64,000 nt of DNA from Octopus vulgaris (GCA_951406725.2 OX597817.1:69936001-70000000); one strand, 5' to 3'; positions 28,926 to 43,613 are shown, numbered from the stretch's first letter. Numbers and translations: made by a program. The notes: generated by a model not told the origin, from the sequence alone.

Positions 28926-29908
28926 GTGCGTGCGTGCGTGCGTGCGTGCGTGTATGGTCGTAGACTGGCATTCATTGATTGCAGTAATAATTAGATGGAG
29001 GGCTTACCATTTTCGCAAGAAGGATAAAATGAATAGAGACAAACATACGTACAGTAAAATTATGTATGGTTTATAGAAGTTATAGAACATCTCACATAAC
29101 ACTCTCTTGGAAGATTTGGAAAGATATTTACGTCAATGGCTAAAGCTTTAAATCAAACATGCATACAAATGATTTCCAAAAACAATTTAGCAATAGAATA
29201 AAACAGAAACTAGCAGAATCACATAAGATATTTTGATAAAAATGGAAGCATTTCAATGAAATTTTGAATAGATTTTTTTTTTCTTCTATATAATTTGTAT
29301 GTGTACTGTATAGATATTGCAGCCTATGAGCCTAAGTGTTAGAAGTACGTTACTACTTAGCTTTCCAAGTAGCATCTGTTGATATCTGTATATGATACTG
29401 AGTTCTAATTAAACCATGGCGTGTTATTAGACACTTTTATACTATATATACACAGACACACGAATGCACACACTCATATAATGTATATATGCCTTTACAC
29501 AAACATGCATTACATGTGTATGCGTATGTATATGTGTATATGTGTATGTATATGTATGTGTGTGTATATATATATATATACATATAAATTTACGCACACA
29601 CATATGTATATATATGTGAATATATATATATATATTCACACAGAATCTCTCTCTTCCGCTCTCCGCCCCCTCTCTCTCTCTCACATATACACTTACGCAT
29701 TAGCATGTAGTGTAAACGAATGAACAGAAAATAAACAATGAGGCTTACATATCAAAATAAAATACAAATACTTTTTTAGATGTTGGACATAACATTCTTT
29801 AAGTGATATAGCCTATAGATAGATTTTGATTAACCAAACAAATGGAGTCGAACTTTTCATACTGTAAAAGAGTAAAAGTAAACACTGCAATGAAATGTAA
29901 GATAATAC

Positions 29909-29966
<58 letters not shown>

Positions 29967-29980
29967 TTTATATATATACA

Positions 29981-30039
<59 letters not shown>

Positions 30040-30137
30040 ACGCAATGTAACATAATATACAAATATATATATATATATATATATGCATGTATGTATGTAT
30101 GTATGTATGTATGTATGTATGTATGTATGTATGTATG

Positions 30138-30168
<31 letters not shown>

Positions 30169-31143
30169 TATTTGTATATATGTATGTATATGTGTGCGTA
30201 TGTGTGTGTATGTGTGTGCGTATTATTTTCCAATAAATCTAATAAAATAAACAAATGTTTTGAAAATGTAACCCAAGAGAAATAGATTTTAACCGAATTC
30301 ATAATGGTGAAATGGAACCAAAAAATAAATGGAAGGTGATTAACATTTATTTCTTTATATTGCTTTGCAATGTTCTTTGTAAATAGTAGAACAACATTAT
30401 AGAAATAACACATATATAGCAGCTTGCTTTCCTTAGATTTACAAATGAAGACAAAAAATACATTTGCAAAAGCAGTTTCTGTAAAACTTCCAGTGAGGGA
30501 ACGTAACTATAAATCTTGGGTTTCAATTCCATTAAGATTTATCGTCAAGGAAATAAAATTTATACAAATTGAAAGATAACAGAACGAAGTTTAAACAACT
30601 TAAATTGTTTTATAAGCGACTTGATCTGGCATTTTGATGAAACTGGAGTAAACTAGAGAAATTATATCGTGGAATTTATTTTAGCCGTTGAAGAAGACAA
30701 CATAATCGCAATTTCTGATTGTCTCTTGACTGTACTTTTGATTATTAAGAGTTAATAAGTTTTGTCGCTCTTCTACCATCTGGCCACTGACAGAATTCCA
30801 CTGTATCCGATAAAAATCAGCTCCCAGATATATTCCAAAAGCCTTAGGCTTCCCTTTTGGTTTTCTTTGATTTCTTTTACTGCTTTCTTATCTTAGTTCC
30901 ACTTTTATTTAAGCACAAAAGTTCATAATTAGTTTCATATATAAAGTCTGTGAAGACTAATCAACTTTTATTCATTTTAAGGGGAGATTATATGGCCTGT
31001 GGGTCTATTGCATATAGCTACTTAAGCTGTGAATTTGCAGTGTTATTGTATAGCATTCTCTTTCACTTAACGATATTTCTCTCTTTACTCATTCCAGATT
31101 GAGATATATCATACATAATTATGGTACTAATATTTTTAGTTGT

Positions 31144-31365
31144 AAGGCGGCGAACTGGCAGAATCGTTAGCACTCTGGAGAAAATGCCTAGTGGCAATTT
31201 CGGCCGTCTTCATGTTCTATGTTCAAATTCCGCCGAGGTCGACTTTGTCTTTCATTCTTTCGGGGTCGATAAAATAAGTATCAGTTGATTACTGGGGTCG
31301 ATGTAATCGAATTTCACTCCACCCCACGAAATTGCTGGTCTGTGTGTCAAAATTTGAAATAATAT
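31144..31365 (+). mobile_element. Family-2 tRNA-derived SINE
   Basis: aaggcggcgaactggcagaatcgttagcac...gttcaaattccgccgaggtcgactttg...ttcggggtcgataaaataagta. Confidence 0.88.
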
Positions 31366-31647
31366 TCTTAATTGTATTAGTCATTAATACAACATTCCCC
31401 ACACCTCTCTCTCTATCTTTCTTATTACTTGTTTCAGTCAATAGACTAGCCATGCTGGGGCACCGCCTTGCTCTCTCTCTCTCTCTCTCTCTCTCTCTAA
31501 CATACAAACCCTTCCTTCATTCGTTGATCTTTTGAGGTTGTCGTAGGAGGCCGTCATATCATACGATGCGTCTTTATATCTAGTAAACGTCATCGACCTC
31601 TTAATTTTAACCGCAACAAATATAGAGAATGAAAGAGAAAGTGAGAG

Positions 31648-31724
31648 AGAAGAAGAAGAAGAAGAAGAAGAAGAAGAAGAAGAAGAAGAAGAAGAAGAAG
31701 AAGAAGAAGAAGAAGAAGAAGAAG

Positions 31725-31752
<28 letters not shown>
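31648..31752. repeat. (GAA)n microsatellite
   Basis: Directly visible. Confidence 0.95.
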
Positions 31753-31755
<3 letters not shown>

Positions 31756-32026
31756 GTTGATCTCATTGGTGGACTGGTACTCTATATATATCGACTCCGA
31801 AAGAACGAAAGGCAAAGTTGACCCTTACGAGATTTAGACACAGATTGCAAAGTGTCGGTGTGGCGATTTCAGATTACCCCGTCCATTCAACATATCTCCC
31901 GGTAACTTGAAGTCACATTCAGATTACTGGGAGATAGGATGAAATGCAGAGTACCTCGTTAAATGCTTCCCCAACTGTTTGTCTCCTTGGTGGCAGAAAT
32001 AAAAAAATATTTTATTATTGTTACCG

Positions 32027-32250
32027 AAGGCATCGAGCTGGCAGAATCGTTAGCACACCAGGCAAAATGCTTAGCGGCATGTTGTCCGTCCTTATGTTCT
32101 GAGTTCAAATTCCGCCGAGGTTGATTTTATATTTCAAACTTTCGGCGTCGATGAAATAAGGACCAGTTACGCACTGGCATTGATGTAACCAACTAGCCCC
32201 TTCCTCCCCAAGAATTTCAGGCCTTGTCCCTATTGTAGAAAGGATTATTA
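32027..32250 (+). mobile_element. Family-2 SINE
   Basis: Same head and core as 31144 and 51230. Confidence 0.85.
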
Positions 32251-33225
32251 TAATTTTTTATGTCTGTAACTTATAATAACTAAAAATAAGGATAATTTAT
32301 AAAAACCATCACAAAAACTTGAAAAGTTTCTGTCAAACCAGATAATGTGTGAGAACATTAATGTATGTTTTCTGTGTGATGCATTAGGTATACATGTGTA
32401 GATCCACCTGATTAAAGTTGGAAAAGTCGTATTAAAAAGTGTATATATGAATATTTTGTATAATAAATATATTTCGTTTGCATTTAAAGCGTATGCATAT
32501 GAATATATTTTGCTTTGTGTAATATGTATTTCGATCGCATTTAAAATCTATAACTATAGATGTAATTCCAATTTTTATCGTTAATAAATTGGAACTGAAA
32601 TAATAGCTTTAAATTATAAACATGTAAAACAAACTAATCCTTCCAAATGCAAGCAAACTATATATTTACTAACTTCAAACACAAACGAAGTAGATTTAAA
32701 GTTAAAAACATACTGCGGTTATCAATCCTCTAACCCAAATCAGTTTGTCATTAAAAACAGAAAAACAATATTTTTATTTAAAAAATTGATTGAAGACTCA
32801 GAATCTTTGATGTTCAAAGTGAATTTTTTAAAGCCTGCATCATAAAAATGTTAGATATTTAAAAATCCAGTATTTTTTAGTTTTTAATTTTCACATTTTA
32901 AGATTAGCTTACAATCTCGATTGTTACTCTTGTATAATACTATAAACATATCACGAGCTGTAAGCATCAGGATTTATCATATTAGCGAAATCATAGCGGG
33001 GGTAATATCAAGAGAACCTGGGTAATTTGAAGGTGATATCAGATTACCTGAAGGTAACATAAAATGGAGGATGGAGTCACTTGAAGTCTTTACACCGAAA
33101 CGAAAACAGCAAGGCATTTTCTCTGCCACATCGGCATCTCTCTCTCTCTCTTTCTCCACACACACTCACGTATGAGTGGGTGTGACAGAGAGAGTAATAT
33201 AATCTAATAACCATGTGAGCATACA

Positions 33226-33444
33226 CGAGAGGGTGGCGAAACGTTCTTAGCTTTAAGAGTACCGCGAAAGTCCTCGCTGGAGGCGCAAAGTTCCGAGGTC
33301 TTTTACAGGACTTAGAAACATTGAAGGACCGCTGCAAATAAATTTCTGAATCTGTGAGGGGAATATGTTGGATAAAATCATTATTAACTGCTCCTCCTTT
33401 ATTTTCTTTTACTCAAAGCTAGGAACTTTCAGCACCACTTCATG
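33226..33444 (+). mobile_element. Non-autonomous mariner derivative (MITE), copy 1
   Basis: Degenerate TIRs (cgagagggtggcgaaacgttcttagcttt / aaagctaggaactttcagcacc). Internal gaaggaccgctgcaa...gaatctg.gaggggaatatgttg is a remnant of the transposase C-terminus. Confidence 0.7.
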
Positions 33445-34625
33445 CACACAAAGGTCGCTATCATGCGAAAATTACTACTGAAATGTGTATCAATCCATTC
33501 CTAAAACACGTGTGTTTTTGATAGCCTATATTTTTGTCAACAAGGTATACATTTATCTTGTCCTAGAATGTCTGTTTTTGGGGTTTTTTTTTAATACAGT
33601 ATGTTCCTTGTTATTAAGAGCAGTGCGAAATTGTTGATTCACAAACTGCTCTTCCATCTGTGAGAGTGAATTTTACGGACAACATACATTTATACAGTCA
33701 AGGCTATACACTTTAGCATATCTATATTTTGTTTTCTATATAATAGAGGGCTTCACCAGTAAGTCAAACGAGGAGCTTATTATAGATATTTGCTATCACA
33801 ACTCCCAATATATCTCCTATTATATCTTTATGTTATAATAACAACAGAGTATTCGATTCAAAAACGTAGAGCTATAATAATGCTGTAGAATCTAATATAC
33901 ATGGACGTATATAAATCCACCAGGAAATACGGATATTATTATAAGAATAAATATCATAATATGAAATAAATTGATATCTTTTTAATATTAATATTCTTAT
34001 TTCGTAGTTCATTTTGGGTATAGGCTGCTAGATTGCATTCTATTATTATAGATCTGCTTTTATGTATCGAGCTGTCTGGTGTTACTACAACACACGCTGA
34101 TTCACATGCATACATTCATATACATACATGTATACATACTTACATACATACATACATACATACACATATATATACGTTTAAAAGGTGTATATGTATATAT
34201 ACATATGTATATATGTATATATACATATATGCATATATATATATATATATATACACACACATATATATATATATATTTAATATATATATGTAACATATAT
34301 AATATATATAAAACATATATAATAATATTTATAATACATATAATATATATATATATATATACATATGTATATATACAACATGTATGATATATATATAACA
34401 TATATATATACATATACATATATGTAACATATATATGTATATATATATATATACACATATGTTCATATATATACATAAATGTTTAATATATATACGCATA
34501 ACATATTTATAGATAAGAATATATATGTACATATGTTTATGTATATGTATGTATACATACACATGTATATATATATATATATATATACAGACAAATAGAT
34601 AGATAGATAGATCGATAGATAGATT

Positions 34626-34696
<71 letters not shown>

Positions 34697-34785
34697 GCAC
34701 GCAGACATACATACACACATATATGTATATATTAGAGAGGGAGAGCCACTGAAAAAGCAGAGTGTTTGAGAAAGAGTGAGAGAGA

Positions 34786-34817
<32 letters not shown>

Positions 34818-35344
34818 AGGAGAGCGAGAGCAAGGACATGAAATTTTACATCGTTATTACAGCTTTTCGATATGGCTAAAGGTTTTATATAGTTTTATAT
34901 ATTTGTTATTCACTAAGATTCCACGTTAAATTCTTATGATGTAATCGTCGACAAGGTATTTAAATATAAGGCGACCCATGAAAATGACGTAAAGATAATG
35001 TAGGAATACATCGGGACAACCGACCACACATGGAAGTAGAGTGAAAGAAAGATGAAGTAGAGAAAGACAAAAGAAAAGGTGAGAATAAAGAAAAATAAAG
35101 ATATTTATCTATTCTTGTATATAAGACGAATGAAAAAGAGCAAGCTATAAAGGGTGGTGATAGAGAGAGGGGGAGAAAGGAAGAAAGGAAGGCTAGTAAG
35201 ATGTTACCATCCTTTGAACTGCAATAACAACTGATACGATAGCGGAATGGAGAGAGTGTATATCCAAGAAGGAAGCGTGTGAGAATAAATATTTTCATGA
35301 TGATTGTACCTGTGTGTGTATGTGTTGTGTATGTGTGTGTGTAG

Positions 35345-35561
35345 TGGTAAAATGTGACCGCGTGTGTACCGTTGGCGATTTTTTTTCCTCCGTCTTCCCT
35401 TCTCTGGATCTTTCTTTTGCCTATGTTTCTGACGAAGAGCTCCGCTCGAAACGTTAAACCCTCCTTCTTCCCTTCCTTCCTGAGCGTCCAATAATACTAT
35501 ATTTGTTCCACGTCCTCGCGTGTTGTGTTTTCTCTTTGTGTTTTCATGTTTGGACTAACTT
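35345..35561 (+). mobile_element. About 215-bp non-coding HHR-bearing element (copy 2)
   Basis: Matches the reverse complement of 15607-15820; lies between (TG)n and (TA)n/(GATA)n. Confidence 0.85.
35425..35459 (+). ncRNA. Minimal (35-nt) type I hammerhead ribozyme
   Basis: guuu-CUGACGA-a-gagc(ucc)gcuc-GAAAC-GUU-aaac. Stem III is the loop-less palindrome ACGU. Confidence 0.8.
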
Positions 35562-35596
35562 TATATATATATATAGAAAGATAGATAGATAGATAG

Positions 35597-35677
<81 letters not shown>

Positions 35678-35695
35678 TACATATACATATATACA

Positions 35696-36085
35696 TTCTT
35701 TTACTCTTTTACTTGTTTCAGTTATTTGACTGCAGCCATATTGGAGCACCACCTTAAAGAGCTTTTTAGTCGAAGAAATCGACCGCAGTAGTTATTCATT
35801 GTAAGCCTAGTACTTATTTTACGGCCTCTTTTGCCGAACTACTAGGTTACGGGGACGTAAGCACACAAACATCGGTTGTCAAACGATGATGGTGGGGGAC
35901 AAACACAAACAGAGATACATACTCACAAATACATACATATACATATACTAGAGGCTTCTTTCAGTTTTCGTCTACCAATTCAATTCGCAAGGCTTTGGTC
36001 GACCTGAGACTTTAATAGAAAACAAACGCCCAAGGTACTACAGAGTGGGACTGAAGCCAAAACCATTTGGTTGAGAAGCAAGCTT
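35696..36085 (-). mobile_element. Diverged family-1 SINE
   Basis: Colinear with 194-585. Confidence 0.85.
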
Positions 36086-36289
36086 ATATATAATATATAC
36101 ATGATCATTTATAACAGCTTAATTCTAATAGAAAAATGGCTCGGAGCCTGAACAAATCAGGTTTCTTCTAGAAGCCTGCGAAACTTTAAGTCACAGGAAG
36201 CCAAATCAGATTGTTTTAAACAATATATGTAACTCTTACTAAGTGAGTGGAATGCTTTTTTCTTTCGTTTGTCCTCACTCGTATATATA

Positions 36290-36498
36290 GGAGGGAGTGC
36301 TGAAAAATTCCTGGCTTTAACTATACGCGAAAGGCCTGGTTAGAGGTCCAGATTTCTAAGTTCTTTTACAGAAAAACTGAAGGACCGCTGCAATAAGTGA
36401 GTGAATCTGAGAAGGGAATATGTTGAATAAAATCATAATTAACTAATCCTCCTGTATTTTCTTATATCCAATATCAAGAACTTTTGAACACCCCTTTT
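36290..36498 (+). mobile_element. Non-autonomous mariner derivative (MITE), copy 2
   Basis: ta-ggagggagtgctgaaaaattcctggcttt...aagaacttttgaacacccct-ta; encodes a KDRCNK.VNLRREYVE*-like remnant. Confidence 0.7.
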
Positions 36499-36499
36499 A

Positions 36500-36870
36500 T
36501 ATATGAGTAATAACCATATGATGTGCTTTTCAAAGCTTGTCTACGAGTATCAGCTACCAGATGCTATCGTACAGCAGGGCTTTTCCTTTTACAGGATGTA
36601 TATGTAAAATTCTGGTAATAAACGCTGAATTTATGCAAACGAATATTAATACAAGGTGGAATAAACAGGCTTTTTTCCAAATCACTGCAATTGTTTCTGA
36701 GCAAAGGTATCAGCTGGTAATTGCTGAATTTTACACATATGCACATTATTGCATATCTTCCAACAATAGCTGTATACCTGCACGTCTTCAGGTGCGCAGG
36801 GTCGAGAGAACCACTGGATCATCTTTAGTTTCCATTTGTTTCACACCCACGCCATTTTAGCATTCCAATG
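36500..36870 (-). pseudogene. Possible decayed mariner transposase N-terminal/HTH fragment
   Basis: Mixed frames: ETKDDP..ST..PEDVQV..LLED..FGKKPV resembles EDDPRSGRPST..ENVxxV..EDRR..LGxxKV. Confidence 0.35.
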
Positions 36871-38022
36871 ACTAAGACCAACAGCGAAATACAAAGAGAT
36901 ATCGATTAGAAAAAATACTAGCAGAAAAATAATGGAAATGAAAAATTAAAAATATGAAATAAACAAACTCCTTATTTATTCCATTCTTAAACACAGACTT
37001 GTCTCAACTTTTATGAAGATAGATGAAGATCCTAAGATTATAATGTCGTAAATACATTATTGATTGGAAGAATTCCTCTTTGTATCTGTTAGCGTTCTAC
37101 TTCAAAGAAAATCACTGGTCAGTTCGTTATCACAACGAGATACCAAGACTGTTTCCTTACTTAGATTTCTTTGCTTTTAGACTTAATTTTGGATATTAGT
37201 GGGTCTCGTCACAGTTGTTTTATCAGCACATTAACAGAGGCTGTTAAACCAAGAAGACTCACTCGCACGCACCCTTATACATACATACATACATACATAC
37301 ATACATACATACATACATACATACATACATACATACATACATACATACATTCATACATATATGCATGCATGCATGCATACATACATACATACGTACATAC
37401 ATCCATACATCCATACATCCATACATCCATACATGCATGCATGCATACATACCTACATACACACACATACACCTATATACGGTTAGGAAATTTTACACAT
37501 ACACATGTACATACATGCATATTCTGTATTTGGCACTAATGTACATAAATGCGTATATATACACACATGTATTTGTTGGTTGCTGGACTCGCTTATGGTA
37601 GTGAGAGAGGGAGAAAGAGAGATAAATAGAAAAAAGAGACAAAGAGTAAGAAAGAGAAAGAGAGAGTAATAGAGAGAAAGAAAGAGAGAGAAAGAAGGAA
37701 GAAACTATGTGCTTCAAGAGAAGCACATTTTTTTTTTTCTAGTTTTAAAGTTGCGACGTTTTTGTTTCCTGTCGGTAGAAGGAATAAGAGAAGAGCATTC
37801 ATATTTTATAAGATCCTTTATCATTACCAGAAATTCAGTGGATGATCCCATTTCGACTCTTTAACATACTTATATCTATCTAAACATACCCTCACATCTT
37901 GCTCTCTTTTATATAAATGTATTTCTATAATAGCATATGCATTGAATACATATGTGGCCTATCTACTTCATATCTATAGACTTCGGCCTAAATACCTCAC
38001 ATCTGACTGTAATCTATCTAAC

Positions 38023-38678
38023 CAGTGGTTCTCATCCGGGGTCCATATGGCCCCTGAAGGTCTATATAAGATTGGGCGGGTGGGGGGAGGTCCACGTAAC
38101 AAAATGGTAAATTGGGGGTTTTAAGCGCCCTTGAAAAAGTTTTACTTTAGATTTATGCAAAAAACAGCTAGCTTTCTTTCTCTAAAAATTCACATAGTTC
38201 AACCTACACAAGTTAATGTGTGAAAAACAAAATAGGAATTTTGAAAGAAGCCTCTATAAAACTAATTCGTAAACATTGAATGGCTTTGGGGACCCACCAG
38301 AATAGAGAAGTACTCAAAAGGGTCCATAGGTAAAAAATGGTTGAGAACCCCTGCCCAAAGGTTCTCAACCGGAGTCCATATAAGACTTTTGGAAGTCCAA
38401 GCAACAAAATAGTAAATCAGGGATCCACGATAGTATTTTATGGGTCCTTAGAAACATTTTGTGATGGTATGTTTTTGCAATAAACAGCTAGGTTTCTTTC
38501 TCTAACATGTTACATAGTTCAATCTACACAAGTTAATGTGTGAAAAACAAATTAGGAATTTTGAAAGAAGTTTCTATAAAACTAGTTCATAAACATCGAA
38601 TGACTATGGGGGTCCACCAGAATAAAATAGTAATCAAAGGGATCCATAGATAAAAAAAGAAACGGTTGAGAACCCTTG
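38023..38678 (+). mobile_element. Head-to-tail dimer of an about 330-bp hAT/Charlie-type MITE
   Basis: cagtggttctca..ggttgagaacccctg (38023-38353), then caaaggttctcaacc..ggttgagaacccttg (38355-38678). Outer flanks are both tctaa-containing. Confidence 0.85.
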
Positions 38679-39486
38679 TTCTAATCCATATTTATAAGCT
38701 AAGTCTACGCAAGCTCTGATAGTTGCGGTCTAACTAACTAACTTCTACAGGTTGTGGTCTACCTCACCAACATTTACAGACTGAGCTAGCTGTTGTCGAT
38801 GTCGACATATTTGGGACTTTGCAACACATTGCGGCATTACCAAATAATGCAAACAATAAACAAGACATTGCAGATACTTTCTGAACATGTCGGTATAATC
38901 TTATATAATGCTTCCATGGCTTCATGAAACCACCTCAGAAACAGATTTATTTTATTCACTTCTAGCAAATTAATCTTCCTTCAATCTCCTTTATTCATTC
39001 GTTCGTTTAAAGCGCTAAAGATACTTGATACGAATCGGATCAAATTCTTTCGTGACAATTCTTTGATTAAGAATTAATGATATCTCTATGGTATTATCCT
39101 TTATAAACTAGGTTTTCAGTTAGTATAATCTACCTGTCTCTGTGTGCGACGATATTTTCGTGTGTCTCTGTGTGTATATGTTTTGTATGTATGTGTTTGT
39201 TTGTTTGTTTGTGTGTGTGTGTGTGTGTGTGTGTTATTGAATGTGTGTATTTTGATGTTTAAATATCAAATATGTACCACGATTACAGTGATATAGCAAT
39301 TCGATATTTATTAAATAACTGCTTTGATCTGAACTCTAACTGTCGCAAATGACCGAAAGAACGTCGGTCAACTTAATCGCCAGACAACTTAATACTAAAC
39401 ATTAAGAAAGCCGTTAGTTATGACAAAGTGGAAGACTTATCAACTAAACCATATATAGGTTTGTAACTGTATATCTATATATGTAT

Positions 39487-39533
<47 letters not shown>

Positions 39534-40644
39534 GCACACATATATGTATACACAAACACATATATGTGTATATATATATTAATGTCTACTGTATATATGT
39601 GTGTGTGTGTGTGGTAGATAGGCGCACATGAACTTAGTAACTTTGTACCATTCTAGTTCATCTAAAATATTTAAACACAGAGATGTCTCAAAACTCATAA
39701 GGTAGTCGGTGCTATGATTTTATGCCTATGTGAATTAAACAAATTTGGATCTCGATTACAGCACATAAGAAAATACGGTACATCAACCACAAATAGTCTC
39801 GTAGGACAACCAAATGTTTCTAAATAACCTTGTCAGCCGCTGTTGATCAAAAGAAAATTTCTCACTTTATCATGCAACAGAGCAAATATTGACTTTAGGA
39901 ATAGTCACGAATAGTAATACGAACGAGGCGGTAACACTTTGTACTGCCAAGGAGTAATAACTCTTAAGAGGGTAATGAGAATGTTCTCGGATTTGTCTAA
40001 TTTTAGAATATGAAATGGGAGATTAAGTACACCCCAAGAGCTCTATAGTAGACAGACAATACCTAAGAAGTATAGTTTTACTTCATATATTTAATTATTG
40101 AGATATTTAATTATTGAGAATGTACAACTATCAATTGTCTAGTTGGTGCTGTGATCAATTGAAGAAGTGAGGGGAGTGAGCCTTGTTGTACGTCGTATTT
40201 GCATGTTACACTGCAGGGCATTTAGATGTTTCAGTGACTACCCATTTCGTCCGCTATTGTTTAGCTGTTATTAATATCGTTATATATGTGCATGTATATG
40301 TGTGCCTACGGGTACTAATTTTTGAAATTATATGATACACACGTAGACACATACTCACACACAGGAAGACATACACATACGCATACACACACCCGTATAT
40401 ACACGATCTGAAGTAAATGAATCAAATACAGCATAAACGAGAAACAAGTGGGTGTTCACGAATCTGTTTCCCGTTTTCGGTTGTCAAAAGGGAAATTATT
40501 ACAATTTCTACGTATACATGTATGTATGTATGTATGTATGTATGTATGTATGTATGTATGTATGTATGTATGTATGTATGTATGTATGTATGTATGTACG
40601 TACGGATGGATGGATGTATACAAACATATATATGTGTGCCTGTG

Positions 40645-42089
40645 TGGAATACTTACTACAAATGGAGACCTTTAATATTAACGCCTCTCTTAAAGATATA
40701 CCTACTCCCCCAAGAAAGGTATTCCTTAACTCATTAATAAGACGAACTCTTTCATTAATCGTATCTGTTGGCAAGTTTTCTTCTTCGATAATAAGGATAT
40801 TAAACCACCCTCTAATGACCAAAACAATTTGAATTTAGTAAATTGTTCAAATATAAACATAATCCTCTTCTTAACCCAAGATTAAAACAGTTTGAAGAGA
40901 ACCTCTGGTCTATTGTTAAGAATATTAAATTCCATCGTTCCCCCTCAAGGAATAAACATCTGAGATATCTACATAACATTACCAAAGAAATAAACAGTAT
41001 GGAAGGCCTACTTATTCAATCAGATAAAACTGGTAAACTGTATCACTTAAAGAGATTTTCACCAAAAATTAAGAGGGAAATACAAAAATATACAAGACTA
41101 TCAGAAAAGCTCACCTGGAAGCTAAGAAAATTATGGAAAATTACAAATGAAGACTGAGCCTTTCAATCCACAGCAGCCCCGTTTTATTTTAAAGAACCAC
41201 AAACCTAGCTTCTTCAATAACCCAACTTTCCGTCTTACCTGTCCTGCCAGCTCTGATATCAGTATACTTAGCAAAAATATTCGTAATAAGTACATTCCTT
41301 CCTCAACGAATAAACTTTATTTATGGTCTAAGACTGGTTTAACTCTATTGATAATAAACTAAACGCTAAATTTATCCAGTTTGATATTTGTAGTTATCAT
41401 TCTTCTATTGATCCCATCATCTTTGATAAGGTCCTATGGTTCGCACATAATAAATCCAGCCTCACCGGAATGAAATTGATGTTGTTTTAGGAGCTAGAAA
41501 CTCTGTTACCAAATTTGATAATAAATTTTGGGGTTCGTAAAGATCGAGTTGACTGCTTTAATATATCTATGGGATCTAACGACTCAGCTCAAATTTCTGA
41601 TTTGGTCGGTTTTTATACTCTATCAGAAATGGCCCACCAATTCTCATATATCCTCGGTGGAATATATCACGACGATTGTCTTCTTTACCTCTAAAATATC
41701 TCTAATAAAAAAATTACAGCATGTTAAAAATTATCTAGTTAAATTCTTTAGTAATATGGGCCTAAGTATTAACTTTGATGATGATAGAAGAAAGGTTAAT
41801 TTTCTTCAACTTACGCTCAACTTAAATACAGCTTTGTATTTCCCCATACCACAAACTTTCAATCAATCTAAAATACATCAGCATTTTTAGCAGTCATCCT
41901 ACTAATGTATCTAAACATTTGGTTAAAAACATAACGCTTAGACTCTCTAAATCATCCGTCAATATTAACGTTTTCAATAATAACGCTGATTTCTATAAAT
42001 CGTCCTTATATGAGGATATAAGGAGCAAATCAAGTATTATAACCCTCTTGATCCTGATATAATCTCTAATAATCTGGTTGATAGTAGTT

Positions 42090-42146
<57 letters not shown>

Positions 42147-43560
42147 TTTTTTCCGTAGGTAATAATCCAGATAATAATTCCCTATATCAAACTTAATTTT
42201 GGTAAATTTAGAAATAAACAGTCTAAGGGAGGTAACTATACTTCCCCACTTCTGTAAAAATAAAAAAAACTTCAGGTTTTTTAATGAGAAATCTCCCTGT
42301 AAATCGCATGACCCTAGTAAAACTATTTGTTTTTTTATTCTATACAGAAGACATATTACCTGTTTCGTGAAGCCATCGAAAGGAACTTTCCAAAAAAATT
42401 ACAGGTACCACTTTATTCTCAACTCATATCGTATCCGAATTGTTTTCTCCAACACTAATAACCTCCTACAAATTATATGCTCGCATAACAACTATATTCT
42501 TAACAGTAAAAGAGTTTCGCTTAATAACTGCAATAACAATAATATTAATAATGATAATCTTTCCTTAAAAAATAATATCAATAGTAATAATTACTTGCAA
42601 TTGTGGTCCGAATAAAACATGCGTTCTCACGGAAATTGCAGAATTAAAAGCGTTGTTTATCAATGTAAACTTTCTACAGGATCTAAAGAATATATTTTTA
42701 TTGGCATTTCATCTAGGGAATTAAAAAAACGTTTGGCCACCCATCTTTCTACATTTAAATATATTCATAAACGTAATACTACAGGCCTTAGTAAACTAAT
42801 TTAGCAACACAAAGACTGTAATAAACAATTTTCTTTGGATTGGAAAATTTATCAAGATCGTTTCCCTATGATAAAAGGAAATTTTTCTGTTTTCTTTGTA
42901 TGGACGAACAACTATTTATGCTTCTTTCAAAAAATACTCAGTGGTCAACATCTATAAAGAACGCGTATACCGGTTTTCACATTGGAAAACACACTTTCAG
43001 CTATTTCAATAATATCTGCCCCCTTACCTAATAACATCTGCAACTTAATCTGTATTCTTTCTTCCCCCACTTCCTATTCTTTCCTTCATCTTTTCTATCC
43101 ATCTGTCATTCACTTTCTGTTTATACCTTATTAGTCCTTTAATCCTCTTTCTCTTCTTCTCTCGTACTATGACGTCAAATTTCTTAACAATATTTAAAAA
43201 TTACTAGCGTTCCTTATCCACTTTTGTATCCCATAAGTCTCTTACATCTTTAAAAATGGCTTATTGATGAACACTGTTGTTTATAATCTCCTTCCTGATG
43301 AGATCGATGCATTTTCCCCCCATTATTATAATTCTCGGATTTATTTTAATGCATCAGTCGAAACATATGTCGGTGATATGGTGACATAAATGATTTAGAT
43401 AACATTTTGTGCGTTTGTTTCCATTTTCTATTATTCTCATGTTCTCCAAAACACGTCTCACTTCTCCACAGAATTATCATCCATGCAAGTGTGAGTACTT
43501 ATTTCTTAGGCGCTTATGTGATATTTGGCTACTCTGTAACTGTTCCTCGGGATCTTTGCT
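40645..43560 (+). mobile_element. Near full-length decayed Penelope-like retroelement (Naiad-like motifs); coding about 40662-43031
   Basis: METFNINASLKDIPTP, LKQFEENLWSIVKNIKF, IQSDKT, FILKNHKPSFFNNPTFRLTCPASSDISILSK, FIQFDI, MGSNDSAQISDLVG, GGIYHDDCL, VNFLQLTLNL, SSHP, CNC..GNCRIKSVVYQC..YIFIGISSRELKKRLATH, CFLCMDE; many frameshifts. Confidence 0.9.
43290..43379 (+). ncRNA. Hammerhead motif in the 3' UTR of the PLE
   Basis: CUGAUGA (43295), stem II gaucgaugcauu/aaugcaucaguc, GAAAC-AUAU-GUC (43360-43371). Stem I is weak. Confidence 0.65.
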
Positions 43561-43569
43561 TGTAAATTG

Positions 43570-43570
43570 A

Positions 43571-43613
<43 letters not shown>

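Noticed and set aside
36560-36835. SENP8/Ulp1-like similarity (DDPVVLS...LLYDS) on the minus strand
   Set aside because: Only short matches with stops between them; a decayed mariner fits the mixed-frame motifs better.
39324-39372. Further hammerhead-like traces here and near 10220, 33500, 34860, 40410, 44390 and 45415
   Set aside because: Core nucleotides or stems are too degenerate to distinguish from chance.
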